Source: Alphaproteobacteria bacterium
GTDB lineage: Bacteria > Pseudomonadota > Alphaproteobacteria > SMXQ01
Direction: 5' to 3'
DNA: 63,804 bases
Assembly (NCBI GenBank): GCA_033720855.1
Contig: JAWWBR010000005.1
Location: 1 to 63,804 of the forward strand
Both the position numbers and the translations under genes were made by a program. The stretch's first letter is position 1; every line of letters starts with the position of its first letter. Below the pieces are notes generated by a model, which saw nothing but the letters and a program-made list of their open reading frames with translations, searched no databases and was not told the origin of the DNA. Below are positions 48,628-60,058 of the stretch, piece by piece.

Positions 48628-49420
48628 GCTTCGTTTGCGGCTGGCAGACGGCGCGCGAGGAATCGGCCTGGATGAAGTGCACGATCTCCATCACCGCGGC
48701 ATTGTCCTCGAACATATCGGCGACGTCGGCGAGCCGCTCTGAAAGGGTGCCTTCCTCGGCGAAAAGCAGCCGATAGGCCGCGCGCAGGGAATGAATGTCC
48801 TCGCGGGAAAAGCCCCGCCGTTTCAGGCCCACGGTGTTGAGGCCGGAAAGATAGGCCCTGTTGCCCATGACCGAACCGTAGGGGATGACGTCATTTTCCA
48901 CCCCCGACAATCCGCCCACCATGGAGTGATGACCGACACGCACGAACTGGTGGATGCCCGCCAGCCCGCCGAGAATGGCATAGTCGCCCACGGTCACATG
49001 CCCGCCCAGGGTCGCGTTATTGGCCATGATCACGGCGTTTCCCACTTGGCAGTCATGGGCGACATGGGCCCCCACCATGATCAGGCAATCGCTGCCCACC
49101 CGGGTGATCAATCCGCCGCCGGCGGTGCCGGGGTGAATCGTCACGTGCTCGCGAATCACGGTGTTGGCGCCGATCTCCACCCGAGACGGCTCGCCATGGT
49201 ACTTGAGGTCCTGGGGCGGCGCGCCGATCACGGCGAAGGGGAAAACCTTGCAGTTGGCGCCGATCTCGGTGAGGCCCTCGACCACGGCGTGGGATTGCAG
49301 CAGGACGCCATCGCCGAGCCGGACATCGGGACCGACGCAGCAATAGGCGCCGATGCTGACGCCATCGCCGAGCTCGGCGGAGGGATCGACTATTGCCGTC
49401 GGATGAATATCGGTCATCAT
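48617..49420 (-). CDS. lpxA: UDP-GlcNAc acyltransferase
   Basis: IHPTA, hexapeptide repeats, PQDLKY, HVAHDC, HQF. Confidence 0.96.
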   Translation of the reverse strand: MMTDIHPTAIVDPSAELGDGVSIGAYCCVGPDVRLGDGVLLQSHAVVEGLTEIGANCKVFPFAVIGAPPQDLKYHGEPSRVEIGANTVIREHVTIHPGTAGGGLITRVGSDCLIMVGAHVAHDCQVGNAVIMANNATLGGHVTVGDYAILGGLAGIHQFVRVGHHSMVGGLSGVENDVIPYGSVMGNRAYLSGLNTVGLKRRGFSREDIHSLRAAYRLLFAEEGTLSERLADVADMFEDNAAVMEIVHFIQADSSRAVCQPQTKRAA

Positions 49421-49887
49421 CAATCGTCCAAAATCATTGCCGCATAGGTTGCCTCGGCAACCAAGGTGCCGTCCACCCGCGCCTCGGCCTTGAATTTCCA
49501 AACATTGCGGCGATTTTGGAGTTTCTGCACATGGACGCGGAGCGTGTCGCCGGGCATCACCGGCTTGCGGAAGCGGGCGTTGTCCACGCTCATGAAATAG
49601 ACCAGCTTGCCTTCCGACTCCGGCCCCAGGGTTTCCACCACCAGGACCGCCGCGGTCTGCGCCATCGCCTCGACGATGAGGACGCCCGGGAACACTGGCT
49701 GGGACGGGAAATGGCCCTGAAAATACGCTTCGTTGATGCTGACGTTCTTGATGCCGATGGCGCTTTCGTCGGCGACGACATCCTCCAGCTTGTCGATCAT
49801 CAAAAACGGATAACGGTGGGGGATCATCTCCATGATCCGGCCGATATCCAGTGTTTTCCCCTTTTGCTCGGACGCGTCCATTTTCAT
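49420..49887 (-). CDS. fabZ: 3-hydroxyacyl-ACP dehydratase
   Basis: [24 protein letters not shown]. Confidence 0.97.
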   Translation of the reverse strand: MKMDASEQKGKTLDIGRIMEMIPHRYPFLMIDKLEDVVADESAIGIKNVSINEAYFQGHFPSQPVFPGVLIVEAMAQTAAVLVVETLGPESEGKLVYFMSVDNARFRKPVMPGDTLRVHVQKLQNRRNVWKFKAEARVDGTLVAEATYAAMILDD

Positions 49888-50909
49888 CGATTACCCGAAT
49901 GTTTTTGCGTTATGCGTTTCAGAACAACCAATTGTCGCATGCGCTCCTTGTTGGATAACGCCGGTGAGCCGCCGTAGGTGGCGGCGGCGGGAACATCCGA
50001 AATGATGCCAGACTGGGCGGCAATTTTGGCCCCATCCCCCACATTTACGTGGCCGACGATACCCGCCTGACCACCGATTAGCACATTATCGCCGATTGTT
50101 GTACTTCCCGATATTCCAACCTGGGCGACGATGACGCAATTGCGGCCGACCTTCACATTGTGTGCGATCTGCACGAGATTGTCGATGATCACCCCGTCTG
50201 CGATCACCGTGTCGGGGCCGCTGCCGCGGTCGATCGTCGTGTTGGCGCCGATATCGACGTCGTTGCCGATAATCACGCGGCCCAATTGGGGGATCCTGAT
50301 ATGGCCGTCGGGATCCGAAGCAAAGCCGAAACCGTCTTCGCCGATGCGCACGCCGGCGGCGAGACGGACACGGTCTCCCGCCAGGCAGTACCTGACGCTG
50401 GCCCCGATACCGACCGCACAATCGTCGCCCAGCTCGACCCCCGGCCCGACCACGGCATTGGCGCCGATGCGGCAGTTCGCCCCCAGTTTCGCCTTGGCGC
50501 CGACGATCGCCCCCGGTCCGATGACCACGCCGGGTCCCAGCTGCGCCGAGGGATCCACGCCTTCCCCCTCCAACCCACCGGCGATGTCGGCATCGGGATA
50601 GAAGGCGCGGGACAGGAGCGCGTAGCTGCGGTCCGGGTCGTCCGTCCGCAACAGAACCGTGCTGCCGTTTTGCGGTCGAGGCACGCCGGGACCGACGAAA
50701 CAGGCGCCGGCTCGGGTCGCGGCATAGGCCTGCCGATAGGTGCGCCGATTGAGGTAAAAGCTGACATCGTCCGGGCCCGCGTCCTGCAACGGCGCGACGT
50801 CGCGCATTTCGCGTGCGCGGTCGCCGCTTTCGATTTCGGCCTCGGCGATGTCCGCCACCTGGCCCAGTGTCATGGGTTGGGCGACGGTATAGAAACGTGG
50901 GTCAGCCAT
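49884..50909 (-). CDS. lpxD: UDP-3-O-acylglucosamine N-acyltransferase
   Basis: Hexapeptide repeats, [23 protein letters not shown]. Confidence 0.95.
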   Translation of the reverse strand: MADPRFYTVAQPMTLGQVADIAEAEIESGDRAREMRDVAPLQDAGPDDVSFYLNRRTYRQAYAATRAGACFVGPGVPRPQNGSTVLLRTDDPDRSYALLSRAFYPDADIAGGLEGEGVDPSAQLGPGVVIGPGAIVGAKAKLGANCRIGANAVVGPGVELGDDCAVGIGASVRYCLAGDRVRLAAGVRIGEDGFGFASDPDGHIRIPQLGRVIIGNDVDIGANTTIDRGSGPDTVIADGVIIDNLVQIAHNVKVGRNCVIVAQVGISGSTTIGDNVLIGGQAGIVGHVNVGDGAKIAAQSGIISDVPAAATYGGSPALSNKERMRQLVVLKRITQKHSGNR

Positions 50910-50921
50910 GTGGCGCCGGCA

Positions 50922-51488
50922 TTATTTTCCGGGATTCGTGAGTTTCACCTCTTTCAACCGCGCATCCAGCCGCTTCAGGACCTCGGGAGTCAAGTCAAGA
51001 TGTGGCTCGGCATAAATCACCGCCACCCGTTTATTGATGATGAGGTCGATCTTCCGCTCCGCGCGTAATTTTTCGAGAACCTGCATAAGATTTTTCTTGA
51101 ACGTCTTGAACGCGTCGTCGCGGGATTTTTCCAGGGCGCGCCTTTGCATCTGAATCTTGCGCTGAACCTCTCCCACCTGATCCCTGAACTGACGCTCCCG
51201 CGCCTGCAGGGCCTCGGGCGACAGCAAGGAGCGCTGAAGACGGAGTTCGTTTTGCGCCGCCCGCAGCCTCTTCTGATGGGCTTCCGCCTCCTTTTGGAAG
51301 GCCTTGCCGTAGGCCTGGAACTGCTCGGATATGGACTTGCCCGCCAGCGAATACCGCTGGACCGCCGCGATATCCAGGACTGCGATCTTGGGGACCGATT
51401 GCGCCGCCGCCGGATGGGCCAACAGCCCCAATTGCAGCACCGTCATCAGCGCCAGACTTACCATATGTTTCATTGCTAACCGTACCAT
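50922..51488 (-). CDS. skp: OmpH/Skp periplasmic chaperone
   Basis: Signal peptide, KIAVLD, long coiled coil, DLT.EVLK.LD; between bamA and lpxD. Confidence 0.85.
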   Translation of the reverse strand: MVRLAMKHMVSLALMTVLQLGLLAHPAAAQSVPKIAVLDIAAVQRYSLAGKSISEQFQAYGKAFQKEAEAHQKRLRAAQNELRLQRSLLSPEALQARERQFRDQVGEVQRKIQMQRRALEKSRDDAFKTFKKNLMQVLEKLRAERKIDLIINKRVAVIYAEPHLDLTPEVLKRLDARLKEVKLTNPGK

Positions 51489-51492
51489 GTCG

Positions 51493-53826
51493 TCAGAAGG
51501 TCGTACCGAACCGGAAACTGAAGACCTCGGTCTCGTCGAAATTCGCCTTCACCACCGGAAACGCGAGATTGAACCTGATCGCACCGAAGGGCGTCCCCAC
51601 CCCGACGCCGAAGCCCAAGGACGCCCGCAAGCCGTTGTCTTCGAGAATACTCGCACCTGCCTTATCGTCGATGAACATCAGGGTGCCCGTATCGGCGAAT
51701 AGAAACCCTTTGAGCTGGTAGGTCGTCGCGGCGCCGAACGGGACCGCCAGTTCCGCGGTTCCGGTGAGGAACAGGTTGCCGCCGAGGGCGTCGTTGGTGA
51801 CCTCGTCACGCGGCCCGATGCCGCCGACCGCGAATCCGCGGAGCGCACGGGTACGGCCGTCGCCACCGATGAAGAAGCGGTCGTCTATTCGCACATCCTT
51901 GCCGATGCCGAATATATACCCGAGATCGGTGCCGAGGCGAAGCACCCAGTCGCTGACGACCTCGTAATACACGGCGCCGGAGACCTCGGTCTGGAGGAAG
52001 CGGTTGTCGCCGCCGAAACCGGCGAGCTCGTTGGACAGCCTGATGACGTAACCCTCCCTGGTATCGACCGAGCTGTCGCGGCGATCATAGACGAGAAACT
52101 GGCCGACACTCGAGGTCACAGCCTTGCCTTCGGAGCCTTTGATGACCGCGGAAAGGTCGGGGTCCGAGAGGTCGGTAATGCTGACCTCCTTGGACTCGAG
52201 GCGGTAACTCAGCCCCTGACGCAGGCGATCGTTGTAGGCGAAGCCGACCCGCAGGCCGGCGCCCATCACTTCGCGGTCAAAGGAGATCGTCTCATTGGCG
52301 TCGGTCTTGGTTCGGAAGACATCGAAGCCCGCAGCGAGATTGCGATTGAGGAAATACGGCTCGGTGAAGCTGATTTCGAAATTCTGCCTTTCGCTGCCGA
52401 GCGACGCCGACAACCTGAGTTGCTGCCCCTTGCCGAGGAGGTTGCGTTCGACCAATGAGGACTGCGTGATAAAGCCCTCGCTGGAAGAAAACCCCGCCCC
52501 CACGGAAAACGAGCCGGTCGACTGCTCCTCGACCTCGATGTCGATGACGGTCTTGTCCTCGCTGCTGCCGGCCTTGCGCGTGAATTTCTGATCCTTGAAG
52601 AACCGCAAAGCCCGCACCCGCCGCTGCGACGTGTTGTAGCGCGCCCGGTTGAACGGGTCTCCCTCGCTCAGCCGCAGTTCCCGGCGAATGACGCGGTCGA
52701 GGGTGCGGACGTTGCCGCTGATATTGATCCGTTCGACGAACAACCGCGGCCCCTTGCGGACCAGAAAGGCCACGTCGACCGTCTGCTTGGCCTTGTCGCG
52801 CTTCAGCTGGGGGCGAACGTCGATGAACGAAAATCCCCTGCCGCTGACCGCATCGGTAAGCCGATTGACGGATTTCTCCACATCCGCGCCGTTGTACCAG
52901 TCGCCCTCGGCGACAACCAATCTGTCCCGCACCTGGGCGACATCGAGACCCTTCAGCTCGGACTTGATCTCGACCTTGCCGGTGCGGTAGCGCGGCCCCT
53001 CCTCGATCGTAAAGGTCAGGAAAAAGTTCTCCTTGTCCTGGGACAATTCCGCCGTCGTCGACAGCACCCGGAAATCGGCGTAACCCTTTGAATTGTAATA
53101 ACGACGCAGCAATTCCTCATCGAAACGGATGCGATCGGGGTCATAGACGTCGTCGGCCGTGAGGAAGGCGTAGAAGCTGGTTTCCGCACTCTGGATGATC
53201 GACCGCAACCTGCGATCGGAAAAGGATTTGTTGCCGATGAAACTGATTCTGCGGATCAAGGTCGGCCGGCCTTCATCGATCTCGAAAATCATATCCACTC
53301 GGTTTTGCGGCCGCTGGATGATCTTGGGAACCACGGTTACGGCAAAGCGCCCCTGGCGGCTGTAGAGATCGATGATCCGCTTGACGTCATTCTGGACCCG
53401 GGTCCGCGTGTACACCACGCGAGAGCGCAGTTTGATCTCCTTGCGCAGGGCCTCTTCCTCCATGAAGTCGTTGCCCTCGAAGGCGACCCGGTTGATGACC
53501 GGGTTCTCGACCACACGGACGACGAGGATATCGCCGACGCGCCGAATGGACACGTCGGCAAACAGGCCGGTCCCGAACAGGCGCTTCAGGGATTCGTCGA
53601 CCTTGGCCGCGTCGAATTCATCGCCGGCGCGGATCACCATGTAGGAGCGGACCGTCTCCGGTTCGATCCTCTGCAGGCCCTCGACACGGATCTGGAGCAC
53701 CCGCCCCGTAGACTGCCCTTGGGGAACCTGTGCCATCGCCGGCCCGACGCGGAGGGTGCCCGGCGGGCCGCCGCACATGATCGCGACGACCGCCAAAACC
53801 AGTACCAGGCGAGCGAACCGCTTCAT
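51493..53826 (-). CDS. bamA: Outer membrane protein assembly factor BamA
   Basis: POTRA repeats, ERNLLGKGQ, TEPYF, LRGF, terminal Phe. Confidence 0.96.
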   Translation of the reverse strand: MKRFARLVLVLAVVAIMCGGPPGTLRVGPAMAQVPQGQSTGRVLQIRVEGLQRIEPETVRSYMVIRAGDEFDAAKVDESLKRLFGTGLFADVSIRRVGDILVVRVVENPVINRVAFEGNDFMEEEALRKEIKLRSRVVYTRTRVQNDVKRIIDLYSRQGRFAVTVVPKIIQRPQNRVDMIFEIDEGRPTLIRRISFIGNKSFSDRRLRSIIQSAETSFYAFLTADDVYDPDRIRFDEELLRRYYNSKGYADFRVLSTTAELSQDKENFFLTFTIEEGPRYRTGKVEIKSELKGLDVAQVRDRLVVAEGDWYNGADVEKSVNRLTDAVSGRGFSFIDVRPQLKRDKAKQTVDVAFLVRKGPRLFVERINISGNVRTLDRVIRRELRLSEGDPFNRARYNTSQRRVRALRFFKDQKFTRKAGSSEDKTVIDIEVEEQSTGSFSVGAGFSSSEGFITQSSLVERNLLGKGQQLRLSASLGSERQNFEISFTEPYFLNRNLAAGFDVFRTKTDANETISFDREVMGAGLRVGFAYNDRLRQGLSYRLESKEVSITDLSDPDLSAVIKGSEGKAVTSSVGQFLVYDRRDSSVDTREGYVIRLSNELAGFGGDNRFLQTEVSGAVYYEVVSDWVLRLGTDLGYIFGIGKDVRIDDRFFIGGDGRTRALRGFAVGGIGPRDEVTNDALGGNLFLTGTAELAVPFGAATTYQLKGFLFADTGTLMFIDDKAGASILEDNGLRASLGFGVGVGTPFGAIRFNLAFPVVKANFDETEVFSFRFGTTF

Positions 53827-53835
53827 CGGGAAACC

Positions 53836-54966
53836 CTACGACACCAGCCCCTTGATGAAATCCGCGATCACGTCGAAACGCAGCAGATCCTGTATGGTAA
53901 CGAAAACGAACAAGGACAGCACCAACCCGAGCCCGACGCGAAACCCGTATTCGACGATGCGGTCGCTGACGGCACGCCCCTGGATCGCCTCGATGCCGTA
54001 AAACACGAGATGGCCGCCATCGAGCATGGGGATGGGGAACAGGTTGATGAGACCGAGATTGATCGACAACACGGCGAGGAACCAGAACAGCTGGCCGAAG
54101 CCGATCTCCGCGACCTGACCCGAGAGCTGGGCGATCCGGATCGGCCCGCCCAGGCCATCGGCCGAACGCGCGCCGATGATGATCTCACCGACCGCTTCGA
54201 GGGTGAAGACCGAAAGCCGCCAGGTATCGAGGACGGCGCGATACACCGATTCGTGCGGCGGGTGGCGGACGAAGCTGCGGACCGGCCCGCCGACCCCGAG
54301 AAGGCCAATCTCGGTCTTGTTGCCGAAGCGGTCGACGATGGTGTGGTGCTTGGGAACCGCCGTCAGGGTGACATCGCTGCCATCGCGGCGGACGACGACG
54401 GTGAGCTCGCGCCCGGGCGCCATGCGGACGACGTTCTGGACGTCTTCGAACCGTTCGATATCGGTGCCATCGACGGTAACGAAGCGGTCCCCCGCCTTCA
54501 TCCCCGCCGCCTCGGCGGCACTGCCCTCCTGCACCGACCCCACCTCGGGCGGCGTGAAGGGCTGACCGGCGGTGGAAAACAGGACCGCCAGAACGACGAT
54601 GGCGAGGGCGAAATTGGCGAGCGGCCCCGCGGCCACGATGGCGGCGCGCTGGCCCACCCTCTTGTGATGAAACGAGACCCTCTTTTCGTCCTCGGTAAGG
54701 TCCCTCTCCTCGCCCTCGGCCCCGCTCATGGTCTCGCCGAACATCTTGACGTAGCCCCCCAGCGGCAGGAGGCTCACCTTCCACCGGGTGCCGCTCTTCG
54801 AGGTCCAGCCGAACAGCTCCGGACCGAAGCCGATGGAAAACACCTCGACCCTGACGCCGTTGATCCGCGCGATCGCGTAATGCCCGAGTTCATGGAAGAA
54901 AACGATGACGGTAAGAATGAACAGGAACGCGGCCCCGTTGGTCCATACAAGATTTAGCAGATCCAT
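53836..54966 (-). CDS. rseP: RIP metalloprotease RseP
   Basis: HELGH, FSIGFG, GGYVKM, PDZ, NLFPIPMLDGGH. Confidence 0.96.
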   Translation of the reverse strand: MDLLNLVWTNGAAFLFILTVIVFFHELGHYAIARINGVRVEVFSIGFGPELFGWTSKSGTRWKVSLLPLGGYVKMFGETMSGAEGEERDLTEDEKRVSFHHKRVGQRAAIVAAGPLANFALAIVVLAVLFSTAGQPFTPPEVGSVQEGSAAEAAGMKAGDRFVTVDGTDIERFEDVQNVVRMAPGRELTVVVRRDGSDVTLTAVPKHHTIVDRFGNKTEIGLLGVGGPVRSFVRHPPHESVYRAVLDTWRLSVFTLEAVGEIIIGARSADGLGGPIRIAQLSGQVAEIGFGQLFWFLAVLSINLGLINLFPIPMLDGGHLVFYGIEAIQGRAVSDRIVEYGFRVGLGLVLSLFVFVTIQDLLRFDVIADFIKGLVS

Positions 54967-55038
54967 CGAATCCCGGGCCTCTCCTTGACCCTGACGGGAT
55001 GTCCGGGTCTCGCTTCAACTGATCGGCGACGCATCCGC

Positions 55039-56238
55039 TCAAGCCTCTCCCGCGGCCAAAGTCGCAAGGGAATCCCGGGCCAGCCTGCGCGCCTCGGCAT
55101 CGACCGCGATCACGTCGTCGATCGATCCGATATCGCCCCGAGGCCCCCGCGCCAGGACTTCCGTCACCACCCGCATGATATCGAGAAAACCGATCTTGCC
55201 GGAAAGAAAACCCTGGACCGCGACCTCGTTCGCGGCGTTGAGGACTGTAGGGGCGGCCTGATCCGTTTTCAAGGCTTCTCTTGCCAGGGCCAGGGCCGGA
55301 AAACGCTCTAAATCCGGGGTTTCGAACGTCAGCGACCCGACCGCGGCGAGATCCAGCCGGTCCGCCGGCGAGGCCTGCCGCCGCGGCCAGGCCAGGGCAT
55401 ACGCGATGGGCGTGCGCATGTCGGGGACGCCGAGCTGAGCCAGGACCGAGCCGTCACTGTAGGCAACCAGGGAATGCACCACCGACTGGGGGTGAATCAG
55501 GACCTCGATGCGCTCTTCCGCGATGGGAAACAGGTAGCTCGCCTCGATGACCTCCAACCCCTTGTTCATCATGGTCGCCGAATCGACCGAAATCTTGTCG
55601 CCCATGTCCCAGTTGGGATGGTTCACCGCTTGCTGGGGGCTGACCTCGGCCATGGCGGCGCGATCGAGGTCTTTGAAGGGCCCGCCCGAGGCCGTCAGTA
55701 TGACCCGCTCGATGGCATCGAGATTGTCGAAGTCGAAAACCTGAAAGATAGCGCTGTGCTCGGAATCCACGGGCAACAGGGTGGCGCCGCCCCGTTCCAC
55801 CTCCGCCAGCATCAGCGGTCCGGCACAGACCAGGCACTCCTTGTTGGCCAGCGCCACCGTCGCGCCCCGCCGGACCGCCGCCAAGGTCGGCTCCAGGCCC
55901 GCGGCGCCGACGATCGCGGCCATCACCCAGTCGGCCGGCAGACCCGCCGCCTCGACCAGCCCCTCGCGCCCGGCTCCGGCGGCGATATTGGTGCCGCTCA
56001 GCGCTGCTTTCAGGTCCTCGAAATGGGCCTCGTCGGCGATCACCGCCATGCGCGGGCGCAACTCCAACGCCTGGGCGACGAGCAGCTCGACGTTGGAGCG
56101 TGCGGTCAAGGCCTCCACCTGATAGGCCTCGGGGCTGCGCCTGATGAGGTCGATGGTGTTGCAACCAACCGATCCGGTCGAGCCGAGGATGCTGACCCGG
56201 CGGGGGGTAGCGGCGCTCGGCTGCACGGTTAGGTCCAT
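55039..56238 (-). CDS. dxr: 1-deoxy-D-xylulose 5-phosphate reductoisomerase
   Basis: LGSTGSVG, LANKE, PVDSEH, TASGGPF, HPNWDMG, NAANE. Confidence 0.97.
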   Translation of the reverse strand: MDLTVQPSAATPRRVSILGSTGSVGCNTIDLIRRSPEAYQVEALTARSNVELLVAQALELRPRMAVIADEAHFEDLKAALSGTNIAAGAGREGLVEAAGLPADWVMAAIVGAAGLEPTLAAVRRGATVALANKECLVCAGPLMLAEVERGGATLLPVDSEHSAIFQVFDFDNLDAIERVILTASGGPFKDLDRAAMAEVSPQQAVNHPNWDMGDKISVDSATMMNKGLEVIEASYLFPIAEERIEVLIHPQSVVHSLVAYSDGSVLAQLGVPDMRTPIAYALAWPRRQASPADRLDLAAVGSLTFETPDLERFPALALAREALKTDQAAPTVLNAANEVAVQGFLSGKIGFLDIMRVVTEVLARGPRGDIGSIDDVIAVDAEARRLARDSLATLAAGEA

Positions 56239-57074
56239 ATGATGTCCCCGCTCCCACTCCACAACTGCATCGCGGCGACGAAGGGAAAGGCCGTCAACAA
56301 ACCGTCCACCCGGTCCAGGACGCCGCCATGTCCCGGTATGATAGTGCCAGAATCCTTGACATCAAAATGCCGCTTGATCCGCGATTCCAGCAGGTCTCCC
56401 GCCTGGGCCACGAGGCTCACGGCGATACCCAGGGCGACGAAACGCAGGCTCAGGGGCGCAAGGGCCGAAAGGCCCGCTCCGAGGCCGACGGCGGCTGCGG
56501 CGGCGGCACCGCCGGCCAGTCCCGACCAGGTCTTTCCCGGGCTCACCGCGGGCGCGAGCTTGGGCCCTCCGATCAGCTTTCCCGCCAGGTAGGCGCCGAT
56601 ATCGGTGGCCCACACCAGCGCCAGCACCCAGACCACCGTCCTCATGCCCGTCGCCCCCTCGCCGCGCAGCCATATCAGGGCGGTGATGGGGATGACGATA
56701 TAGGGGACGCCGAGGGCCAGGATCGCGCCCCCGGTGCCCCGGCGTAACCGGCCGAGCATGGCGACCAGCACGGTTCCGCCGCCGGCGATCGCCAGCGCCG
56801 CCAGGGGACGCCCCAGGGTGGCGGCCATGGCGGCGAGGAACACGGCCCCCATGATGGCGACGGCAGCGTTGTCGGGCCGGGCCGGCCACGGGTCTTCGCC
56901 GCCGCCGGCGGCGAGGCCCATCTCGATCCATTCCTTGGCCATCAAAGCCGCCGCCGCCAGCGCCAAGCCACCGAGCCACACCCCACCGCCCCAAACCGCC
57001 GCCAATGCCGCCGGGATCAGGACCGCCGCCGACAGGCAGCGCTGCGTCAAGGTGTCGAACCGGTGCTCAGCCAC
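56229..57074 (-). CDS. cdsA: Phosphatidate cytidylyltransferase
   Basis: WATDIGAY, SPGKTWSG, GDLLES..KR...KDSG..IPGHGGVLDRVD. Confidence 0.96.
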   Translation of the reverse strand: MAEHRFDTLTQRCLSAAVLIPAALAAVWGGGVWLGGLALAAAALMAKEWIEMGLAAGGGEDPWPARPDNAAVAIMGAVFLAAMAATLGRPLAALAIAGGGTVLVAMLGRLRRGTGGAILALGVPYIVIPITALIWLRGEGATGMRTVVWVLALVWATDIGAYLAGKLIGGPKLAPAVSPGKTWSGLAGGAAAAAAVGLGAGLSALAPLSLRFVALGIAVSLVAQAGDLLESRIKRHFDVKDSGTIIPGHGGVLDRVDGLLTAFPFVAAMQLWSGSGDIIWT

Positions 57075-57789
57075 GCGATGCGCCGTACCGCCGCTCGCGG
57101 CGGCCGAACTCCGTCATCGCGGCGATGAGATCGTCCTTGCAGAAATCCGGCCACAGGGTGTCGAGGAAGACGAATTCGGAATAGGCCGACTGCCACAACA
57201 GGAAATTCGAAATCCTCTGCTCGCCGGAGGTGCGGATGATGAGGTCGGGATCGGGCATGCCGGCCGTCGACAGCCAGCCGGCGAAACGCTCTTCGGTGAT
57301 GTCTTCGGGCTCCAACCGTCCCGCCGCCACCTCGGCCGCCGCCTTACGGGCGGCCTCGGCAATGTCGCCGCGCCCGCCGTAATTCAGCGCCACCGTAAAG
57401 TTCAGCCGGTTGTTGTTGCGGGTCAGCTTTTCGCCCTCGTTGATGAGGCCGATGATCTCCGGCGAGAACGCGGTGCGGTCGCCGACCACGCGAAAACAGA
57501 CGTTGTTCTTGTGCATGTCGGCGATTTCGCTGCGCAGATAGCGGGTCAGCAGCCCCATCAGGTCGTTGACCTCGTTCTTGGGCCGCTTCCAGTTTTCCGA
57601 GGAGAAGCCGAACAGGGTCAGGTACTCGATGCCGAGTTCAATCGCCGCCTCGACGGTGCGGCGCACGGCGTCGGCGCCGTGGCGGTGCCCCGCGGTGCGT
57701 TCCATGCCCCGGGCCTCGGCCCAGCGGCCATTCCCATCCATGATGATGGCGACATGCCGTGGCGGGGTGCTCTCGGTCGGGGTATCCAT
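57067..57789 (-). CDS. uppS: Undecaprenyl diphosphate synthase
   Basis: HVAIIMDGNGRWA, FSSENWKRP, IRTSGEQRISNFLLWQ. Confidence 0.97.
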   Translation of the reverse strand: MDTPTESTPPRHVAIIMDGNGRWAEARGMERTAGHRHGADAVRRTVEAAIELGIEYLTLFGFSSENWKRPKNEVNDLMGLLTRYLRSEIADMHKNNVCFRVVGDRTAFSPEIIGLINEGEKLTRNNNRLNFTVALNYGGRGDIAEAARKAAAEVAAGRLEPEDITEERFAGWLSTAGMPDPDLIIRTSGEQRISNFLLWQSAYSEFVFLDTLWPDFCKDDLIAAMTEFGRRERRYGASRG

Positions 57790-57796
57790 ACGCCGG

Positions 57797-58360
57797 TCAG
57801 ATCTGCCTGATTTCTTCTTCCTTGGCGGCAAGGGCGTCATCGATCTGCTTGATGAAGCCGTCGGTCATCTCCTGGAACTCCTCTCCCCAGGCATGCTGCT
57901 CGTCCTGGGACAAATCTCCGTCCTTCTCCATCCGCTTGAGCTTGTCCATGCCGTCGCGGCGCACGTTGCGGACCGAAACCTTGGCCTGTTCGGCGTAACG
58001 GTGGGCGACCTTGACCAGCTCTTCGCGCCGTTCGGCGCTGAGCTCGGGGATGGGCACGCGCAACAGTTGGCCGTCGGCGGCGGGATTGAGGCCGAGATCG
58101 GATTCGCGGATGGCCCGCTCGACCGCCGAAACGTTGCCCCTGTCCCAGACGTTGACCACGAGCAGGCGGGCTTCGGGGGCGCTGACGGTGGCCACCTGGT
58201 TGAGCGGCATCTCCGATCCGTAGGCATTCACCACGATGCGGTCGAGCAGGTTGACCGAGGCGCGTCCGGTCCTGAGCCCGGCGAATTCCTCGTCGAGAAC
58301 CGAAACCGCGCCTTCCATCCGGCGCTTGATGTCGTCGATATCGGGATCAGCCATGTTCAA
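57797..58360 (-). CDS. frr: Ribosome recycling factor
   Basis: [25 protein letters not shown]. Confidence 0.97.
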   Translation of the reverse strand: MNMADPDIDDIKRRMEGAVSVLDEEFAGLRTGRASVNLLDRIVVNAYGSEMPLNQVATVSAPEARLLVVNVWDRGNVSAVERAIRESDLGLNPAADGQLLRVPIPELSAERREELVKVAHRYAEQAKVSVRNVRRDGMDKLKRMEKDGDLSQDEQHAWGEEFQEMTDGFIKQIDDALAAKEEEIRQI

Positions 58361-59097
58361 CCTCCCTCAACGCGGCCTTCTTCGTTGATCACGGTAAACC
58401 GTCCCCGATGGTGAACCACATCATTCAGGGCTCCGGAATTGTGAACCGAAAACACCAAAATCGGAATCTTATTTTCCCGCGCGAGCGACACCGCAGAGGC
58501 GTCCATCACCTTGAGGTCGCGGGCGAGCACGTCATGGAAACTCAGGGCCTCGAAGCGCTCCGCGTCGGCATCGGCCTTGGGGTCCGAGGAATAGACGCCG
58601 TCCACCTGGGTCGCCTTCAGGAGCGCGTCGCAGCCCAGTTCCGCGGCCCTGAGCGCCGCCGCCGTATCGGTGGTGAAATAGGGGTTTCCGGTGCCCGCCG
58701 CGCAGATCACGATGCGCCCCTTTTCCATGTGCCGGATGGCACGGCGGCGGATATAGGGCTCGCACACCTCGCGCATCGATATGGCCGACAGCACCCGGGT
58801 CGGAACGCCCGCCTTTTCCAGCGCGTTCTGCAGGGCGATGGCGTTGATCACGGTCGCCAGCATGCCCATGAAATCGGCGCTGGCGCGCTCGATGCCCTGG
58901 TTGGCGCCGCTCAGGCCGCGATAGATGTTGCCGCCGCCGATGACCAGCCCGATCTCCACGCCCTCGGCGTGGACCGACTGAATCTCCTCGGCGATGCGGT
59001 GGAGGATGTCCGGTTCGAGGCCGTAGTCCTGCTCCCCCATAAGCGCCTCTCCCGAGAGTTTCAGGAGAATGCGGCGATATGGGGCGTCGTCGGCCAT
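58357..59097 (-). CDS. pyrH: UMP kinase
   Basis: [31 protein letters not shown]. Confidence 0.97.
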   Translation of the reverse strand: MADDAPYRRILLKLSGEALMGEQDYGLEPDILHRIAEEIQSVHAEGVEIGLVIGGGNIYRGLSGANQGIERASADFMGMLATVINAIALQNALEKAGVPTRVLSAISMREVCEPYIRRRAIRHMEKGRIVICAAGTGNPYFTTDTAAALRAAELGCDALLKATQVDGVYSSDPKADADAERFEALSFHDVLARDLKVMDASAVSLARENKIPILVFSVHNSGALNDVVHHRGRFTVINEEGRVEGG

Positions 59098-59131
59098 CGG
59101 CTGCTGTTATCCCGTTCGCGGCGGGGGGCGG

Positions 59132-60058
59132 TCAACCGCCGAGCTGTTCGGCGACCTCCGCGGCGAAGTCCTTCTCCTCGCGTTCGACCCCCTCGCCCAG
59201 CGCGAAGCGGACAAAGCCGGCGACGCTGACCGGCGCGCCGAGGTCCTTGGCGGCGTTTTCCAGCACCTTGGCGACCTTGGTCTCGTTGTCGATGACGAAG
59301 GTCTGCTCGGCCAATACGACCTCCTCGTAGAACTTGCGCAGCCGGCCTTCGACCATCTTGGCGATGATGTCGTCGGGCCGGCCCGATTCCTGGGCCTGCT
59401 CCGTCAGCACCGCGCGCTCGCGCTCGATCAGCTGCGGGTCCAGGTCCTCGGCGGTCACCGATTGCGGGTTGCTCGCGGCCACATGCATGGCGAGTTGCCG
59501 GCCCAGCGCCTCCAGCGCCTCTTTGTCGCCGGTCGATTCGAGGGCCACCAGGACACCGATCTTGCCAAGGCCCGGGGCCACCGCCGAATGGACGTAACTG
59601 GCCACCACGCCGGCCTCCACGCTGAGCCCCTGAACCCGCCGCAGGGTCATGTTCTCGCCGATGGTCGCCACCATATCGGTCAGCTTTTCCGCGACCGGCT
59701 TGCCCGCGCCCGGATATTCCGCCGCCGCCAGGCGCTCGGGATCGCCGTCGACGGCGAGCGCGGTCTCGGCGACGCTGGCAACGAAGGCCTGGAAGTCCTC
59801 GTTACGGGCAACGAAATCGGTCTCGGAGTTGACCTCGACGACCACGCCCTTGCCGCCTTCCACGCGGCAGGCAACGAGGCCTTCGGCGGCGACCCGGCCG
59901 GCCTTCTTGGAGGCGGCGGCGAGCCCCTTGGTCCGCAGCCAGTCCACCGCCGCTTCGATGTCGCCGCCGGATTCCGTCAGGGCCTTCTTGCAGTCCATCA
60001 TTCCGGCGCCGCTCTTGTCGCGAAGTTCCTTGACCAGCGCCGCTGTGATCTCAGCCAT
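59132..60058 (-). CDS. tsf: Elongation factor Ts
   Basis: [30 protein letters not shown]. Confidence 0.98.
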   Translation of the reverse strand: MAEITAALVKELRDKSGAGMMDCKKALTESGGDIEAAVDWLRTKGLAAASKKAGRVAAEGLVACRVEGGKGVVVEVNSETDFVARNEDFQAFVASVAETALAVDGDPERLAAAEYPGAGKPVAEKLTDMVATIGENMTLRRVQGLSVEAGVVASYVHSAVAPGLGKIGVLVALESTGDKEALEALGRQLAMHVAASNPQSVTAEDLDPQLIERERAVLTEQAQESGRPDDIIAKMVEGRLRKFYEEVVLAEQTFVIDNETKVAKVLENAAKDLGAPVSVAGFVRFALGEGVEREEKDFAAEVAEQLGG

